Assembly (NCBI GenBank): GCA_963749495.1
Contig: CAVVMW010000006.1
Coordinates: forward strand, 64,001 to 128,000
Source of the DNA: an uncultured bacterium
GTDB taxonomy: Bacteria > Verrucomicrobiota > Verrucomicrobiia > Limisphaerales > UBA8199
Direction: 5' to 3'
DNA: 64,000 bases
Positions within the stretch are counted from its first letter, which is position 1. Each line of letters opens with the position of its first letter. The notes beneath the pieces were generated by a model. The model searched no databases and was not told the origin of the DNA. It saw nothing but the letters and a program-made list of their open reading frames with translations. Shown in pieces: positions 43,460 to 55,478 of the stretch. The position numbers and the translations under genes are program-made.

Positions 43460-43712
43460 TCTCGAAGGGATGGTGTTCACTCAGCCCAGGGTTGAACGCG
43501 CTACCCTGGGTTACGCCGCCCGTGACCGGTTACCCTGAAAGGGTTATATCGCGCTTGCGTGTGCCGCGTCCGACAAGCGATACATGCGGGCTCGAGACCG
43601 GTTGCGCGCTGTCGATGAAACCCCTTCAGGGTTTTCAGGGTTTGGCGGGCTCGGTCCCAGGGTAGCGCGTTCCGCGCAACCCTGGGCTGAGTGATTGTAT
43701 CCCTTCGGGATG
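43460..43712. repeat. REP-like inverted repeat (CCCAGGGT/ACCCTGGG, CCCTGAAAGGG)
   Basis: Nested palindromes in an intergenic space. Confidence 0.65.
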
Positions 43713-43830
43713 AGTTAGAGGGGCTACCCAAGAAAGTGGAATGCGCCCAAAGCCGAGACAGCCTGCCGATTTGCATTGCCACAGAGGGTGGCAACCCATA
43801 GCTTGGGCGGACCATTAAACCTCGGTTCGC

Positions 43831-44730
43831 ATGAGCGTTTTGATTGTTGGTTCGACTGCGCTGGATTCCATCAAGACCCCAAAGTCGGAAAACCCGCGTC
43901 TGCTCGGGGGCTCAGCCAGCCACGCGGCGGTGGCGGCCAGCTTCTTCAGCCCGGTCCAGCTCGTGGGGGTTGTCGGGGACGATTTCCCCCGGCGCTACCT
44001 CCAGCTTTACCGGCGGCATGGCATCGAGCTGGAAGGGCTGCAGATTCTGCCTGGCAAGACCTTCCACTGGTCGGGCGAGTACGAGGCCAACATGAACAAC
44101 CGCCGGACGCTGCTGACGGAGTTGGGGGTCTTCGAGACCTTTTCGCCGGCCCTGCCCAAATCCTACCGGAACGCCCCGTTCGTGCTGCTGGCCAATATCG
44201 CGCCGGCCCTCCAGTTGCACGTGCTCGAGCAGATGGCCCGGCCCCGGTTCGTGGCCGCCGACACCATGGACCTGTGGCTCAACATCGCCCTGCCGGACCT
44301 GCTCGCGCTGCTCAAGCGCCTCGACGCCTTCGTGCTCAACGACAGCGAAGCTCACCAATTGACCCGGGAAGATAACATCTTCGCGGCGCTCAAGGAGCTT
44401 CATAAACTGGGCCCCAAATACGTGATCATCAAAATGGGCTCGCACGGCTCGATCCTCTCCGGGCCGCGGGGCCTCTTCATCTGCCCCGCCTACCCGCTGC
44501 GCAAGGTGGTGGACCCCACCGGCGCCGGGGATTCGTTCGTGGGCGCGATGATGGGCTGCCTGGCCGCAGCCAGGGGGAGCATCGACGACCACATCCGCCG
44601 GGCGATGACTTGCGGCAGCGTGGTGGCGTCCTTCTGCTGCGAGGGGTTCGGCCTGCAGCGCACCACCCGGCTCACACACAAGGACATCCGGCAGCGGCTC
44701 CGCCAACTCAAGGCACTGACCCGGTTCTGA
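43831..44730 (+). CDS. PfkB family carbohydrate kinase
   Basis: LGGSA, NDSEA, DPTGAGDSF. Confidence 0.9.
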   Translation: MSVLIVGSTALDSIKTPKSENPRLLGGSASHAAVAASFFSPVQLVGVVGDDFPRRYLQLYRRHGIELEGLQILPGKTFHWSGEYEANMNNRRTLLTELGVFETFSPALPKSYRNAPFVLLANIAPALQLHVLEQMARPRFVAADTMDLWLNIALPDLLALLKRLDAFVLNDSEAHQLTREDNIFAALKELHKLGPKYVIIKMGSHGSILSGPRGLFICPAYPLRKVVDPTGAGDSFVGAMMGCLAAARGSIDDHIRRAMTCGSVVASFCCEGFGLQRTTRLTHKDIRQRLRQLKALTRF

Positions 44731-44901
44731 CCCTGAAAAGGGCAATTCAACCACGGATGAACACGGATAAACACGGATTTACTGAGGAAGGGCAACAAGC
44801 GGCGTTCGTCCACACTCTAAGCCCCTCCGCGCACTCCCACATCCGTGTTTATCCGTGTCTATCCGTGGTTGAAGGAGCTGAACTGCAGGATTTAAGCTGA
44901 C

Positions 44902-45210
44902 ATGGACCAGGCCTTCGAGTTGCCCATAGATGGGGTGCTGGACTTGCACACGTTCAAGCCGGCCGAGATCAAGGACCTCATCCCGGATTACTTGGCCGCG
45001 TGCCGGGAGCGGGGGATTTGCCAGGTGCGCATCATCCACGGCAAAGGAATCGGGAACCTGCGGCGGACAGTCCACGCCATCCTGGCCCGGCACCCGGAGG
45101 TGGTCTCCTTCACCCTGGACCATCCGCAATACGGCGGCTGGGGCGCCACGCTGGTCCGCCTGCGCGAGCCCAGGGCGCCGGAGAAGAGCGGAATGACGAA
45201 TGACGAATGA
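44902..45210 (+). CDS. Smr/MutS C-terminal domain protein
   Basis: LDLHTF, IIHGKGIG, GGWGAT. Confidence 0.9.
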   Translation: MDQAFELPIDGVLDLHTFKPAEIKDLIPDYLAACRERGICQVRIIHGKGIGNLRRTVHAILARHPEVVSFTLDHPQYGGWGATLVRLREPRAPEKSGMTNDE

Positions 45211-45565
45211 CGAATGTAGTGTGTCGAGTGGACGCAGGCGGCAGTGTCGGGATGCGAGCCAGGGCCGAAGGCCCGTCATGTGATAGCCTGGGCTAGAGCG
45301 AAGCGGAGGCCCAGGTAAGGGGGTGTCCCTCGAAAAAGGTCCCGGCCTGTAAGGCAGGGACCCGGTGCTCGGAGCGGCTGGTGAGATTAAAATGCTCGGT
45401 GCAGCAAGACGTTGTAGCGCCTGTCTCCACGAGCGCCGCGAGTCCGGACCTTTGTCGGAATCTTTGTCGGGCTGGCTATGCCTCGACAAAGGTCGCGACA
45501 AAGGTTGCGACAAAGGTTGCGACAAAGGTCGGGGCAAAGGTCTGGGATCGGATGCTGGATGTCCC

Positions 45566-48347
45566 TTAAGAGAGGGCGTGCCCCGGGGGGACGTGCTCGG
45601 TGTCCATCTCACAAGTCGGCGGGGGCTTAACATTGTCAAACTCCTCGGGGGCCGGCGAAGGCGCGGGCGCCGGGTTTTGGATTTCGAGCTGCACGCGGGC
45701 GAACTCGCTGTCGAGACCGGCCAGGAGCGGTTGGGCGCCGGCGATGGACCCTGCGTGGCCGAGGGCCTCGAGTTGGCGGGCGAGGTCAGAGACGAGGGTG
45801 GCGCCGATGTTCGCGCTTGCGCCCTTGAGGGCGTGGGCCGTGTTTCGAAGGGCTGCGGGGTCCTGCTCGCACACGGCCCGACGCAGGGCGGCGATGGATT
45901 CGACGGCGCTGGTCTGAAAGACCTCGTAGAGTTCGGTGAGGACGGAGGGGCCGAGGCTGGCGGCGAGTTCCTGAAGACGTTCGGTCATATCCGGGTCGAG
46001 GACCGGCGTTGCGGGCGCGGATTGGGTGGAGCTCTCCTCGGGGGCTGAGTCAGTCTGCCTCGGATGGGCGGGGCCCAAGGGGGCGGTTTCCACCCTGGCG
46101 GGCTTGGCGGGGCGCGAATTGTCGGGCGCCGGCGTTGCCCCGGCGCGGTCCGGACGATTGGCGGTCCAACAGTTCAGGGCCGCGGCGAGGTCCTCGAGCC
46201 GGACCGGTTTGCTGATGTAATCGTCCATGCCGGCGGCCAGGCAGCGTTCGCGGTCGCCCTGGATGGCCTTGGCGGTCATCGCGACTACGGGCAGATGCGG
46301 CTTGCCAGCCAGGCGGCGCCGGAGTTCGGTGGTGGCGTCGAAGCCGTTCATCTCGGGCATCTCGCAATCCATGAAGACGATGTCGTAGGGGACCAACTCG
46401 ATCATGTGGAGGGCCTCATTGCCGTTGGCGGCGACATCAACACGGCAGCCGAGGTTTTCGAGCATCAGGCGGCCCACCTTCTGGTTGGTGGCGCTGTCGT
46501 CCACGACCAGCGTGCGGGCATTGAACCTGGGAGCCCATTTCGCGGGGGCGCCCGGTTCCGGGCGGGGAGGCTGCGGGGCGGGGTCGAGGCGGGACTTGCC
46601 AGGCGCAGGCGGCCCAGGCCTCGGCGAGCACGTCCCAGAGCTTGGAATGGCGGACGGGCTTGACCAGGCAGGCAAAGGCGCCGGCCTCTTTGAGGCGGTG
46701 GGAGGCCTCGGGGTGGCTGACCAAGGTGAGCAGGATGAGGACGGTGTCCCGCAAAACGGGGTCCGCCTTGATGGCGCGGGCGAGCATCTCGCCGTCCATG
46801 CCGGGCATCTGGTAGTCCAGGACGGCGATGTGGTAAGGGTCTCCTGCGGCGTGGGCCTCGCGCAGGATGCGCAGGGCCTCCTCGGCGGAGGCATAGCTGC
46901 CGTTGCGCAGTTGCCACGCGGCAATCTGCTCGTGCAGCACGCGGCGGTTGACCTCGTTGTCATCCACGATCAGGATGCGGACCCCGGACATGTCGAGGTC
47001 CTCGGGCGCGGCGCTCTGCTGCGCGGGGAGGGGGCAGAGGAGCTTGAACCAAAAGGTCGAGCCGCTGCCCGGAACGCTCTCGACGCCGATGCTGCCGCCC
47101 ATCAGTTGGACCAACTGCTTGCTGATGGTCAGGCCCAGGCCCGTGCCGCCAAAGCGGCGGGTGGTGGAGGCATCGGCCTGGGTGAATTTCTCGAAGATGC
47201 GGCCGAGCACCCCCGGGGCGATGCCGATGCCGGTGTCGGTGACCGAGAACTTGAGTTGGGCGGAGTCTTGGGTCTTGGTTTCGGACTCGAGGTTGATGAG
47301 GACGTGCCCCGTTTCGGTGAACTTGACGGCGTTGCCGACGAGGTTGGTGAGGACCTGGCGGATGCGGGCGGGGTCGCCGATAATGCGCGGGGGGGCCTCC
47401 GGGGCATAGCGGAGAATGAGGTCCAGCCCTTTCTCAGCGGCCCGGGGTGAGAGCAACTCGCCGACCTCCTCGATGGCGGTCCGGAGATCGAAGGGGATGG
47501 ATTCCAGGGAGAGTTTGCCCGCCTCGATCTTCGAGAAATCCAGGATGTCGTTGATGAGGGTGAGGAGGACCTCGGCGCTGGAGCGGGCAATCTGGAGGAA
47601 CTCCCGCTGGCGGGGGGACAGGTCGGTGTCGCTCAACAGGCCGAGCATGCCGAGGATGCCGTTCATTGGGGTGCGGATTTCGTGGCTCATGCTGGCCAGG
47701 AAATCGCCTTTGGCCTCGCTGGCCTCGATGGCGGCGGCGGCCATTTGGTTGGCGCAGCGGTTGGCAGCGGCCAATTCGGCGTTGGCGGCCTCCAGGTTGC
47801 GGGTGCGCTCGCGGACCATCTTCTTGAGGTTTTCCATCCGGTGCTTGGCCTCCTGGCCCAGGCGCCATTTCTCGGTAAGGGCATTGGCCAACTGGAGCAC
47901 TTCCACGACATCGAACGGTTTCTTGAGGATGACGAGGCGGTCAGAGCTGCCCAGGCGGCGGACCATCTCATCCCAGGAATAATCCGAATAGGCGGTGCAG
48001 ATAACGATCTGCAGGTCGGGATCCAGCCGCCACAGTTCGCTGGTGGTTTGAACGCCGTCCCAACCGGGGGGCATGCGCACGTCCACGAAGGCCAGGCCGA
48101 ATGGGCGCCCGGCTTCGATGGCCTGGCGCAGCTTCTCCAGCCCTTCCTGTCCCTGGTAGGCGGACTCGACATCAAAGCCGGCGGGCGCGCTGGGCGCGGC
48201 ATCCTTGCCGAAGAGCGCGGCCTCGACCTCGCCCACGGCCTGGCGGTCGGGCTCCGGGCAGAGGATCTTGCGAAAATCGCTGTGGATGGCGCGATTGTCG
48301 TCGATGACCAGGATGCGGCGCACTTGAGGGGTGGTCGAGTCGGGCAT
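45566..48347 (-). CDS. hybrid histidine kinase (REC-HisKA-HATPase-REC-REC-Hpt), frameshift ~46590
   Basis: [30 protein letters not shown], three receiver domains, AHALKGAS. Confidence 0.9.
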
Positions 48348-48349
48348 AC

Positions 48350-51300
48350 CTAGTTTGCGGGTTGGGGCAGGGGCAGTTCGAGGATGAAGGTGGCGCCCTG
48401 GCCCAGGCCGCTGCTGCGGACGCTCAAGGAGCCGCCCATTTCGCTGGCCGCCAGCGCGCCGCTGTGCAGGCCAAAGCCATGGCCGTCTTTGCGCGTTGTA
48501 AAGCCGTGGTTGAAGATCCGGGTCAGGTTCTCCGGGGCGATGCCCACGCCGTTGTCCGAGATCGAGATGCGGACCCGCTCATCGCCGTTTTCCACCCGCA
48601 CGGTCATCTGTTTGTCGGGCCGGCCGGACTCCTCGCAGGCGTACTTGGCGTTGCGGATGAGGTTGGTGAGGATCTGGAGGACCTTGTGTTTTTCGACGAG
48701 GATCTGCAACGGGCTCGGGTGGTATTGGCGGGAGAGTTGGATGTCGTGGCGGGTCAGCGCCGCCTCGTTGAGGCGGAGGGCATCTTCGACCAGGTCGGTG
48801 ACCGGGACTGTTTCGGCAACGCCGACGAACCTGGCGTAGCTTTGCTGCATGGCGACGATGTCCTTGATGTGTTCGATGTTGGCGCCCAGTTCGGTGAGTT
48901 CCCGGATGCCGGCGCTTTGCTCGCGGGCCAGGTGCTCGGCCAATTGGGCGAGGTAGCCGAGGACCTGTTTGCCGCGCGGATCGGTGGTGAGGAAGGGACC
49001 CAATTCGGCCTGATGCTCGCGCAGCAAGACAACGGCTTTGGCCAGGCCGCCAACCTTCGAGCGCCTGAGTTTGTCGGCAACGATGGTGGCGGAGATGTTC
49101 ACGCTGTTGAGGACGTTGCCCACATTGTGCAGGACGCCGGTGGCCACCTCGGCCATGCCCGCCTGGCGCGAGGCCTCGACCAGCCCCTTCTGGGCGGCCT
49201 CGAGGCGGGCCTCGGCTTCCTTCTTTTCGGTCACGTCCCAGAAGATGACCTGCAGGCCCAGCGGATGATTCTCGGCATCGTAGAGCGGGGTCTTGATGAC
49301 CTGGACGTAGATTCTGTGGCCGGCGGCATTGCGGTTTTCCTCGACGGTCTCGAGGGGCCGGCCGCTGCGGATGACCCGCTCATCATCACCGCGGTATTTG
49401 GCGGCGAGGGCCTGGGGGTAGAGGTCGAAGTCGGTCTTGCCGATGATCTGGTCCATGGGCTTGCCCACGGTGCGGCAGAAGAACTGGTTGGCAAAGGTGA
49501 AGCGGCCTTGAAGGTCCTTGCGGATGATATTCTGGGGGAGGCTCTCGACCAGGGAGCGCATGAATCGTTCGGAGGTTTGGAGGGCGGCCTCGGTGAGCTT
49601 GTGTTGGGCAATCTTCTCCTGGAGTTGGGTGGTGCGCTGCCGGACCTTTCTGCGCAACAGGCCGGCCCAGGCCAGGCAGAGCAGGAGAACGGAGCCCAGC
49701 GCCCCAAGGCTCAGCAGCGTGCGGCGCGCCGTCCACCAGGAAGGCTCTTGGAGCACCTGGATGTCATCCGGCGCATTGAGGTACATCTGGAAGGAGGCCA
49801 GCGTCTGGCCAAAATCGGGCAGGGCGTCCGTCTGGGCCTTGAACACGCCGGTCAACCGGAGCCGACTGCCCACCCGGAGCCGCGAGACCATCTGGGGACT
49901 GGCCGGGAGCAGGGCCGAGAACCGCCGTTGCTGCCGGGTATCCTGGCACTCCAGGACCACCAGCATCTCCTCGGTGCTGGCGCCCAGTAGAATCGCCTCG
50001 ACCTGCGCCCGAGTCGCGTCCTGGGTGCTCAACTCGGTCTCCAGCAGGTTGATGGGCTTGGCCGGCGGCAACACCGCCCGGCCGACCTTGCGCACCAGGG
50101 CCTGCACCACCTTGGGTGAGAACCCATCGGGCTCGGCCAGTCCAACCACCTCGACCTGGTCCCCGGCTTGCACCTGGACCTCGGTCCGGGGATAGACGCG
50201 CAACCCCTCTTCGCCCTGCTGGACAAAGAGCAGCCGTGGCCCGGCGTAGGTGACCACCCCGGCAGTCTTGACCAGTCGAATGGCCTGGCCGTCTTTGCGC
50301 GAGCCGGCCTCCATCACCAAATTGAGCGGCAGCGCCTGCAGGGTGAATGGGTCGGGCGGCGCTGCGCGGACCATTGCGATGCACTCGGCCGAAGGCGCAA
50401 CCAGGCGCACGCCCAGGCGGCGATTGCGGCTGTTGCGGACCGGGTCGCAAACGCCCTGGACCCGGACGACGCAGCCCACGAGCCGCTCCTGGACCTCTTT
50501 GCTCAGTTCATTGAGCCACACGACCAACCGCCCGCCCGTCACCACCAGGGTCAGCCGATGGTCTTCACAGGCGCTGACGACACCCTCGATCTCGACCCAC
50601 TGCGCGTCCTCCTTGCCGCTCATGAGCGCCTCCCAGGAGCACCGATGCGGCTCGGGCATCCGCCCCCGCGCCAGGATCTTCACCGGGGCGGTTGCAAAAA
50701 TCGCCTGCTCGTCAACGGCCTGCACTCCTTCCAATTCCACCCAGAGCCCCTCCTGATTCAAGTGAGGGGCCAGGCCTGCTGCCAGTTGATCCCAAACAAG
50801 GATGCCCTCGCCCGCGTCCTGGAAATAGAAGCTGCCCAAGCCCAGGTCGATATAGGTAATAACGCCGTGGAGCTTTACAGGGGTTTGTTTGCCTGGTTGC
50901 TTTTGGAAGCTCTCATAGACCTGATCGACCCGCGTGATGGGGCCCTGCGGGACGTTTGACTCGGGCGCCCGCTGGCGCAGCCCGGGCTCGTTCGTGGCTG
51001 CGGGCCGCCACTGGGCCAGGCGCAAGATCGGCTTACGTTGCTCGCACTCCAAGAACCCGATGGCCTCGATGGGAACATTGAGCGGCAGGAGCGGAGGCCG
51101 CTGAGACAGAATCTTGAGCTGGTTTGTGAGATTACCGATGATGAGGCCCTCTTCCTGCGTCGTTTGGATGAGCTGGGCCGTCACCCGAACGGGGCTGCCG
51201 GGAGCCACCGGCGCATTGGCTCTCGACAGCGCCTCGAGCGTCCTCCGGGGCCAGGCCTCCCAATCCCCCTGGTCAGATGCCGCCAAGGCGACATGGTCGA

Positions 51301-53002
51301 GATCGGGCACCCAGATGGTGCCTGCCACGCGCTGACCTTCCCGGGTGAGCACGGGCTCTACCACTCCCTGGACACGCAGACGGCAACCCGCGAAAAAGCG
51401 GGGCTGCACGTGCTGAGGGTCCAACACTTTGACGATGAGCGCCCCGTTAGGCCCGGCCAGCCGAAGGTCCGGGTGTGAGAGGTCAGCCGAGACCGACTCA
51501 ATCCGGCCTTCAACTGAACCAAAGAGGAAATGCTGATCAGTGCCAAAGGGTTGGTTCGGGCGCATGTCAGCCTGGAAGGTGAGAGGACCCAGGTGGGTCA
51601 ACTCAGGCTGTTGGACGCTTGGGGTGCCACGCCCGAGTTGCAGCCCTCCGGAGAGCCGCACGCGTTCTCCCGGTTGGACTTGGATATCGGAGGAATTCGG
51701 CTCGAAGAACTGAAATCCGCTCTCATCCAGGAACCCGAGGGTGCGCGATTGGGGCGTCCAAGCCACCGCGACCCCCTCCAGGCGCATCCGGATGGGCTGG
51801 GGCGGCCTGGTTCGCACTGCGCTGAGCCAACGCAGGCTAATGACAGGCAGTTCGTCGCCCGGTAAGTATTGCCATTGTATCCAACTGGACTTGTTGGTGC
51901 CCCCGGCCGCCGCAAAATCCAACCACTTGGTGCTGGCATTGCCGTCAAAAGCCGCCGTGGCCAGTTCCATCGGCGCGTTCTCCCCTTGGGCGGAGACCAC
52001 GATGGAGACCTTGCCGTTGCCGTTGCCCTCATCCGAGGCATAGATTGGCTCGATCTCCGCCAGTTGCACGCAGGTGGCCCCGCCAGGTAGTCCTTCGGGA
52101 ACCCGCACCGAATCGATCTTGAGCCGGTACCAGGCAAAGCGGGCCGGGTTGGCCAACATGAAGACCCGTCTTTGGAAGCGGGTGCTGAAGCTCTCGTTGT
52201 GACGCGTTTCCAGCGTCGTCCAGGTCCTGCCCCGGTCATTGGAGCCTTCCAGTCGCCAGTTCCGGGGGTCGCGGCACGGGAAATCGTTGGCCGAGGTCAG
52301 GGCATAGCCGATCAACGTCCGGATCGGGTGCGTCGCCTGGTCGTCCAACCGGGACAGGATTTCCGGCCCTCGCTCGCCCAATGGATTTCGAGCGGCAGCG
52401 CGCTGGGCTAGGACGCGGTATTGACTGAGATTCGTCACCAGCACCGCCGGGTCGAGCGTGTACTGACACTGCAGCCAGCATGCTCCCGTCGCGTCGGCCA
52501 AACCGTGCCAGCGGGTGTCCGGATCGTTGTCGAAGGCCTGCATCGCGGGGCGCATCACGGGGTCCTCCCTGGAACACGAGACTGCGGCATACAGGTCGGC
52601 CTCGCGCGCCACACCCACGACCGGACCCAGCAGTTCCAATTCGGCCAATTGAACCGAGGTCGGCCGGTCAATGTGCAAACGGTACATGCCAAAGGCGGCC
52701 CGGTTTGAAATCGGATAGACCCGTCGTTGAGAACGGGCCCGAAACGACTGATTAGTCTGGACGTCCAGCAACTTCCAGGTCCGCCCGTCGTCATTCGACC
52801 CCAGCAACCTCCAGTCCTTGGGGTCGTCAAACTCGCCGTGCGAGGCCGAGGTCAGGGCGTATTCGGTCACTACTCGCCCCGGCCCGGCAAGGCCCGCTTG
52901 GCCCAAGCCGGGCAAGTTCCCCAAAAGCCAGCCGGTGAGCAGGAACGCCAAGCCCCTGCCCACGGACGGTCTGCACATCTCATAGCCAAACTTCATAACC
53001 AT
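48350..53002 (-). CDS. large sensor histidine kinase with discoidin-like and repeated extracellular modules, TM, PAS
   Basis: YALTSA/QLAE discoidin-like motifs, TM after WWT, PAS, VLHNVGN, GHGFGLH. Confidence 0.88.
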   Translation of the reverse strand: MVMKFGYEMCRPSVGRGLAFLLTGWLLGNLPGLGQAGLAGPGRVVTEYALTSASHGEFDDPKDWRLLGSNDDGRTWKLLDVQTNQSFRARSQRRVYPISNRAAFGMYRLHIDRPTSVQLAELELLGPVVGVAREADLYAAVSCSREDPVMRPAMQAFDNDPDTRWHGLADATGACWLQCQYTLDPAVLVTNLSQYRVLAQRAAARNPLGERGPEILSRLDDQATHPIRTLIGYALTSANDFPCRDPRNWRLEGSNDRGRTWTTLETRHNESFSTRFQRRVFMLANPARFAWYRLKIDSVRVPEGLPGGATCVQLAEIEPIYASDEGNGNGKVSIVVSAQGENAPMELATAAFDGNASTKWLDFAAAGGTNKSSWIQWQYLPGDELPVISLRWLSAVRTRPPQPIRMRLEGVAVAWTPQSRTLGFLDESGFQFFEPNSSDIQVQPGERVRLSGGLQLGRGTPSVQQPELTHLGPLTFQADMRPNQPFGTDQHFLFGSVEGRIESVSADLSHPDLRLAGPNGALIVKVLDPQHVQPRFFAGCRLRVQGVVEPVLTREGQRVAGTIWVPDLDHVALAASDQGDWEAWPRRTLEALSRANAPVAPGSPVRVTAQLIQTTQEEGLIIGNLTNQLKILSQRPPLLPLNVPIEAIGFLECEQRKPILRLAQWRPAATNEPGLRQRAPESNVPQGPITRVDQVYESFQKQPGKQTPVKLHGVITYIDLGLGSFYFQDAGEGILVWDQLAAGLAPHLNQEGLWVELEGVQAVDEQAIFATAPVKILARGRMPEPHRCSWEALMSGKEDAQWVEIEGVVSACEDHRLTLVVTGGRLVVWLNELSKEVQERLVGCVVRVQGVCDPVRNSRNRRLGVRLVAPSAECIAMVRAAPPDPFTLQALPLNLVMEAGSRKDGQAIRLVKTAGVVTYAGPRLLFVQQGEEGLRVYPRTEVQVQAGDQVEVVGLAEPDGFSPKVVQALVRKVGRAVLPPAKPINLLETELSTQDATRAQVEAILLGASTEEMLVVLECQDTRQQRRFSALLPASPQMVSRLRVGSRLRLTGVFKAQTDALPDFGQTLASFQMYLNAPDDIQVLQEPSWWTARRTLLSLGALGSVLLLCLAWAGLLRRKVRQRTTQLQEKIAQHKLTEAALQTSERFMRSLVESLPQNIIRKDLQGRFTFANQFFCRTVGKPMDQIIGKTDFDLYPQALAAKYRGDDERVIRSGRPLETVEENRNAAGHRIYVQVIKTPLYDAENHPLGLQVIFWDVTEKKEAEARLEAAQKGLVEASRQAGMAEVATGVLHNVGNVLNSVNISATIVADKLRRSKVGGLAKAVVLLREHQAELGPFLTTDPRGKQVLGYLAQLAEHLAREQSAGIRELTELGANIEHIKDIVAMQQSYARFVGVAETVPVTDLVEDALRLNEAALTRHDIQLSRQYHPSPLQILVEKHKVLQILTNLIRNAKYACEESGRPDKQMTVRVENGDERVRISISDNGVGIAPENLTRIFNHGFTTRKDGHGFGLHSGALAASEMGGSLSVRSSGLGQGATFILELPLPQPAN

Positions 53003-53329
53003 CGGCTCTCTGCTCCCAAGGTCCTGTCTGCGCCCTGCCGCCCTGGAGCCCGCCGGGGAGCGGCCACGCAGGGCAGCAGCGAATCGGGCCTCCCCCGTTG
53101 CCGCATTCCCAGTGCCAGAGTCAGGAACAGTCCCGCACTCGACGCTATCAACGGTTGAGCCCGGCTCAGCGGGCCGGCCCCGCAGGAACCCGTAGGCCGC
53201 GCGCCCTGACGCGGCGCCCCTTCTGTCGCCTCGTGTAGTACCCCGTTATCGGCCCGTTCCGGGGAAGACATGAGGAAAATCCGCCCCCGGAAAGGGGGGC
53301 GGGCGCAGGCGAACTCGCGAAGTAAGGCC

Positions 53330-53453
53330 TCAGAAGGTGTGAAAAGACCGATTTCTGGCGCCAAGGACCGCAAAAACCTTCAGAATCCCCAGGAAAACAG
53401 AGAGAAGTTTTCGGGGCGGTTGTCCGTTCTGGCATCTTCTCACACCTTCTCAG
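53330..53453. repeat. MITE-like element
   Basis: AGAAGGTGTGA...TCACACCTTCT inverted termini with TCAG at both ends. Confidence 0.6.
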
Positions 53454-53480
53454 TGAAGGCGGACACAAAGTCCCCGTGCC

Positions 53481-53787
53481 GACCCTGACCCCGGCCCTCT
53501 CGGTCCACGGTCCGGGGCGTGGGAATCATCGCGCGTCGCGTAGCGACGCAGTGAGGGTAGCCGTGGACCTCGGTCCACGGTTCAGGGAGTGGGAATGGTC
53601 ACGCGTCGCGTAGCGACGCCTGACAGCTCGCGGTTTTCAGGCGTCGCTACGCGACGCGGTTGAGCTTGGGTCATGGGTCCGTGGACTGGAAGTCCACGGC
53701 TACCATCGGGCACCGCTACGCGGTGAGCCGGGGCTACGGAGAATTCTCCCTCTCCCCATCCGATGGGGAGAGGGTCGGGGTGAGGGG
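53481..53787. repeat. REP cluster (CGTCGCGTAGCGACG type and CCCTCACCCC..CTCTCCC type)
   Basis: Multiple nested palindromes. Confidence 0.7.
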
Positions 53788-53825
53788 AGCCTCTCTGGCT
53801 CAGGTCTTCCAGTGCGTGCCGCCGC

Positions 53826-54758
53826 TCATTCCCAGAGTCTCTCGGGATAGTCGCCCTGTCGGATGAGGCGGCGGATGTTCTCGACGACGCGGGGTCGGTC
53901 CTGGCGGTAGGTGATGCCGAACCAGGAGTCAGGGGTTCGCAGCACCTTGAGCCGTTCCTGGCCCCGGCTCACGAGCGCGTTGACCACGGTGGGGATGAAG
54001 AACTCCGCCTCCTCATCGTCGGGGTGAGTCTGGAGGAACGAAGCCATCTCGACAGAGAGATGAGCGAAGATGGTCGGGCTGAATCCCCACATGTTGAGGG
54101 AGACCGTCTCGGTGCCTGTGAGTGGATGGACCGCTCCGGAGGGGTCGGTGTGCTTGACGGCGTCGCCGTCCCACTCGATGCGGGTCAGCTCGACAACCTG
54201 TTCCAGGAGATCGTCCGGGGTTGTGCGGCAGACGCCGCGCGCCACATGGCCGAATTCGGAGAGGGTGTTTCTGAGCACAAACCCCACCATGGCATAGTCG
54301 CGGCTGCCGGAGAGCAGGTGGCGGGCGAGCAATTCGTAGGAGTGGCGGCCGTAGAAATCGTCGGCGTTGATGACGGCGAAAGGTCCGTGGAGGGCCTGGG
54401 CGCCCATGAGGATGGCATGGCCGGTGCCCCAGGGTTTGCGGCGATTGGGAGGCGGCGCCCAGCCAGACGGCAGCTTGTCCAGTTCCTGGAAGACATAGTC
54501 CACCGGCAACCGGCCCTCGAAGCGGGAGCCGAGGATCTCTCTGAAAGGCCGTTCGATGTCCCGGCGGATGACGAAGACGAGCCTGCCAAAGCCGGCTCGC
54601 AAGGCATCATAGATCGAGTAATCCAGGATGGTCTGGCCATCGGGCCCGACCGGGTCGATCTGTTTCAAGCCGCCGTAACGGCTGCCCACGCCCGCAGCCA
54701 GAACCAGCAGTGCCGGCTTGGCCGGCGTTCCTTCAGCAGCGCTCCAGTCTTGGTCCAT
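53826..54758 (-). CDS. sugar-phosphate nucleotidyltransferase family protein
   Basis: LAAGVGSRYGGLKQ, KPWGTGHA, INADDFYG. Confidence 0.88.
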   Translation of the reverse strand: MDQDWSAAEGTPAKPALLVLAAGVGSRYGGLKQIDPVGPDGQTILDYSIYDALRAGFGRLVFVIRRDIERPFREILGSRFEGRLPVDYVFQELDKLPSGWAPPPNRRKPWGTGHAILMGAQALHGPFAVINADDFYGRHSYELLARHLLSGSRDYAMVGFVLRNTLSEFGHVARGVCRTTPDDLLEQVVELTRIEWDGDAVKHTDPSGAVHPLTGTETVSLNMWGFSPTIFAHLSVEMASFLQTHPDDEEAEFFIPTVVNALVSRGQERLKVLRTPDSWFGITYRQDRPRVVENIRRLIRQGDYPERLWE

Positions 54759-54838
54759 CTCATCCTGCGCGCGGCTAGGGCCGCCAGTGCAGGACTATAT
54801 TCTCACCGTCCAGGGCTCGGATTTCAAATGAAATCCCC

Positions 54839-55219
54839 TCAGCGATGCCATGTGAGCGTGACCAGAGAAATCCCGAACATCGAGACGGCCACACCCAGCC
54901 AGAGGCAGAACGAAGCGACGTAAAACGGGAGCGAAACCCACTCAACCAGGCCCGGCATGGCGCGTCTGGCCCGGTCGCGCACCCGCCAGGCCAGAAACAG
55001 CCCGGCCGGCAACGCCAACGGAAAGGCGAACGAAAGCAAACTGATGATCAAGGCGAACCGGGCGTCCGCGTGCAGCCGGCGAGCGACATCCGCGCGGTGC
55101 TCACGCCGCCAGCGCGACACCGCATTCCCAGGCGCTCCGGCAAAGACCGGCTCGGCAACGACATCAATAATCTCCTCTGAGGCGGCTTCACGACAACTTA
55201 GACGGGGAACGTGTTTCAT
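54839..55219 (-). CDS. small hypothetical membrane protein
   Basis: Two hydrophobic segments. Confidence 0.5.
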   Translation of the reverse strand: MKHVPRLSCREAASEEIIDVVAEPVFAGAPGNAVSRWRREHRADVARRLHADARFALIISLLSFAFPLALPAGLFLAWRVRDRARRAMPGLVEWVSLPFYVASFCLWLGVAVSMFGISLVTLTWHR

Positions 55220-55478
55220 AGCTGCCAACAATGGGCACGTTCCCGGACTGCATTCCCTGTACCAGGCCTCTCCAAGCCCTGTTTTGCCTCAATTCTGGCC
55301 GCGGGTGTCCAGGACCGTCCTGTTCCTGGACAGCAACTGCTGAGCTCGCCCACAGGAGCGCGGACACCCCGTCCGCCTGCTTTGGCGGCCAGGGCCGCGC
55401 GGACGAGGCGTCCGCGCTCCTATCCGATGGCGCTTTTCATTGCGGCCAGCCCAGTTACCCTGGACAGCCTCCACGCGC

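Noticed and set aside
2387..48347. Widespread frameshifts (porin, GH51, ccsA, cobA, RND genes, SSADH, kinases) read as mass pseudogenisation or programmed recoding
   Set aside because: Single-base indels, often at short homopolymers, in otherwise intact housekeeping genes are most simply explained by long-read assembly error.
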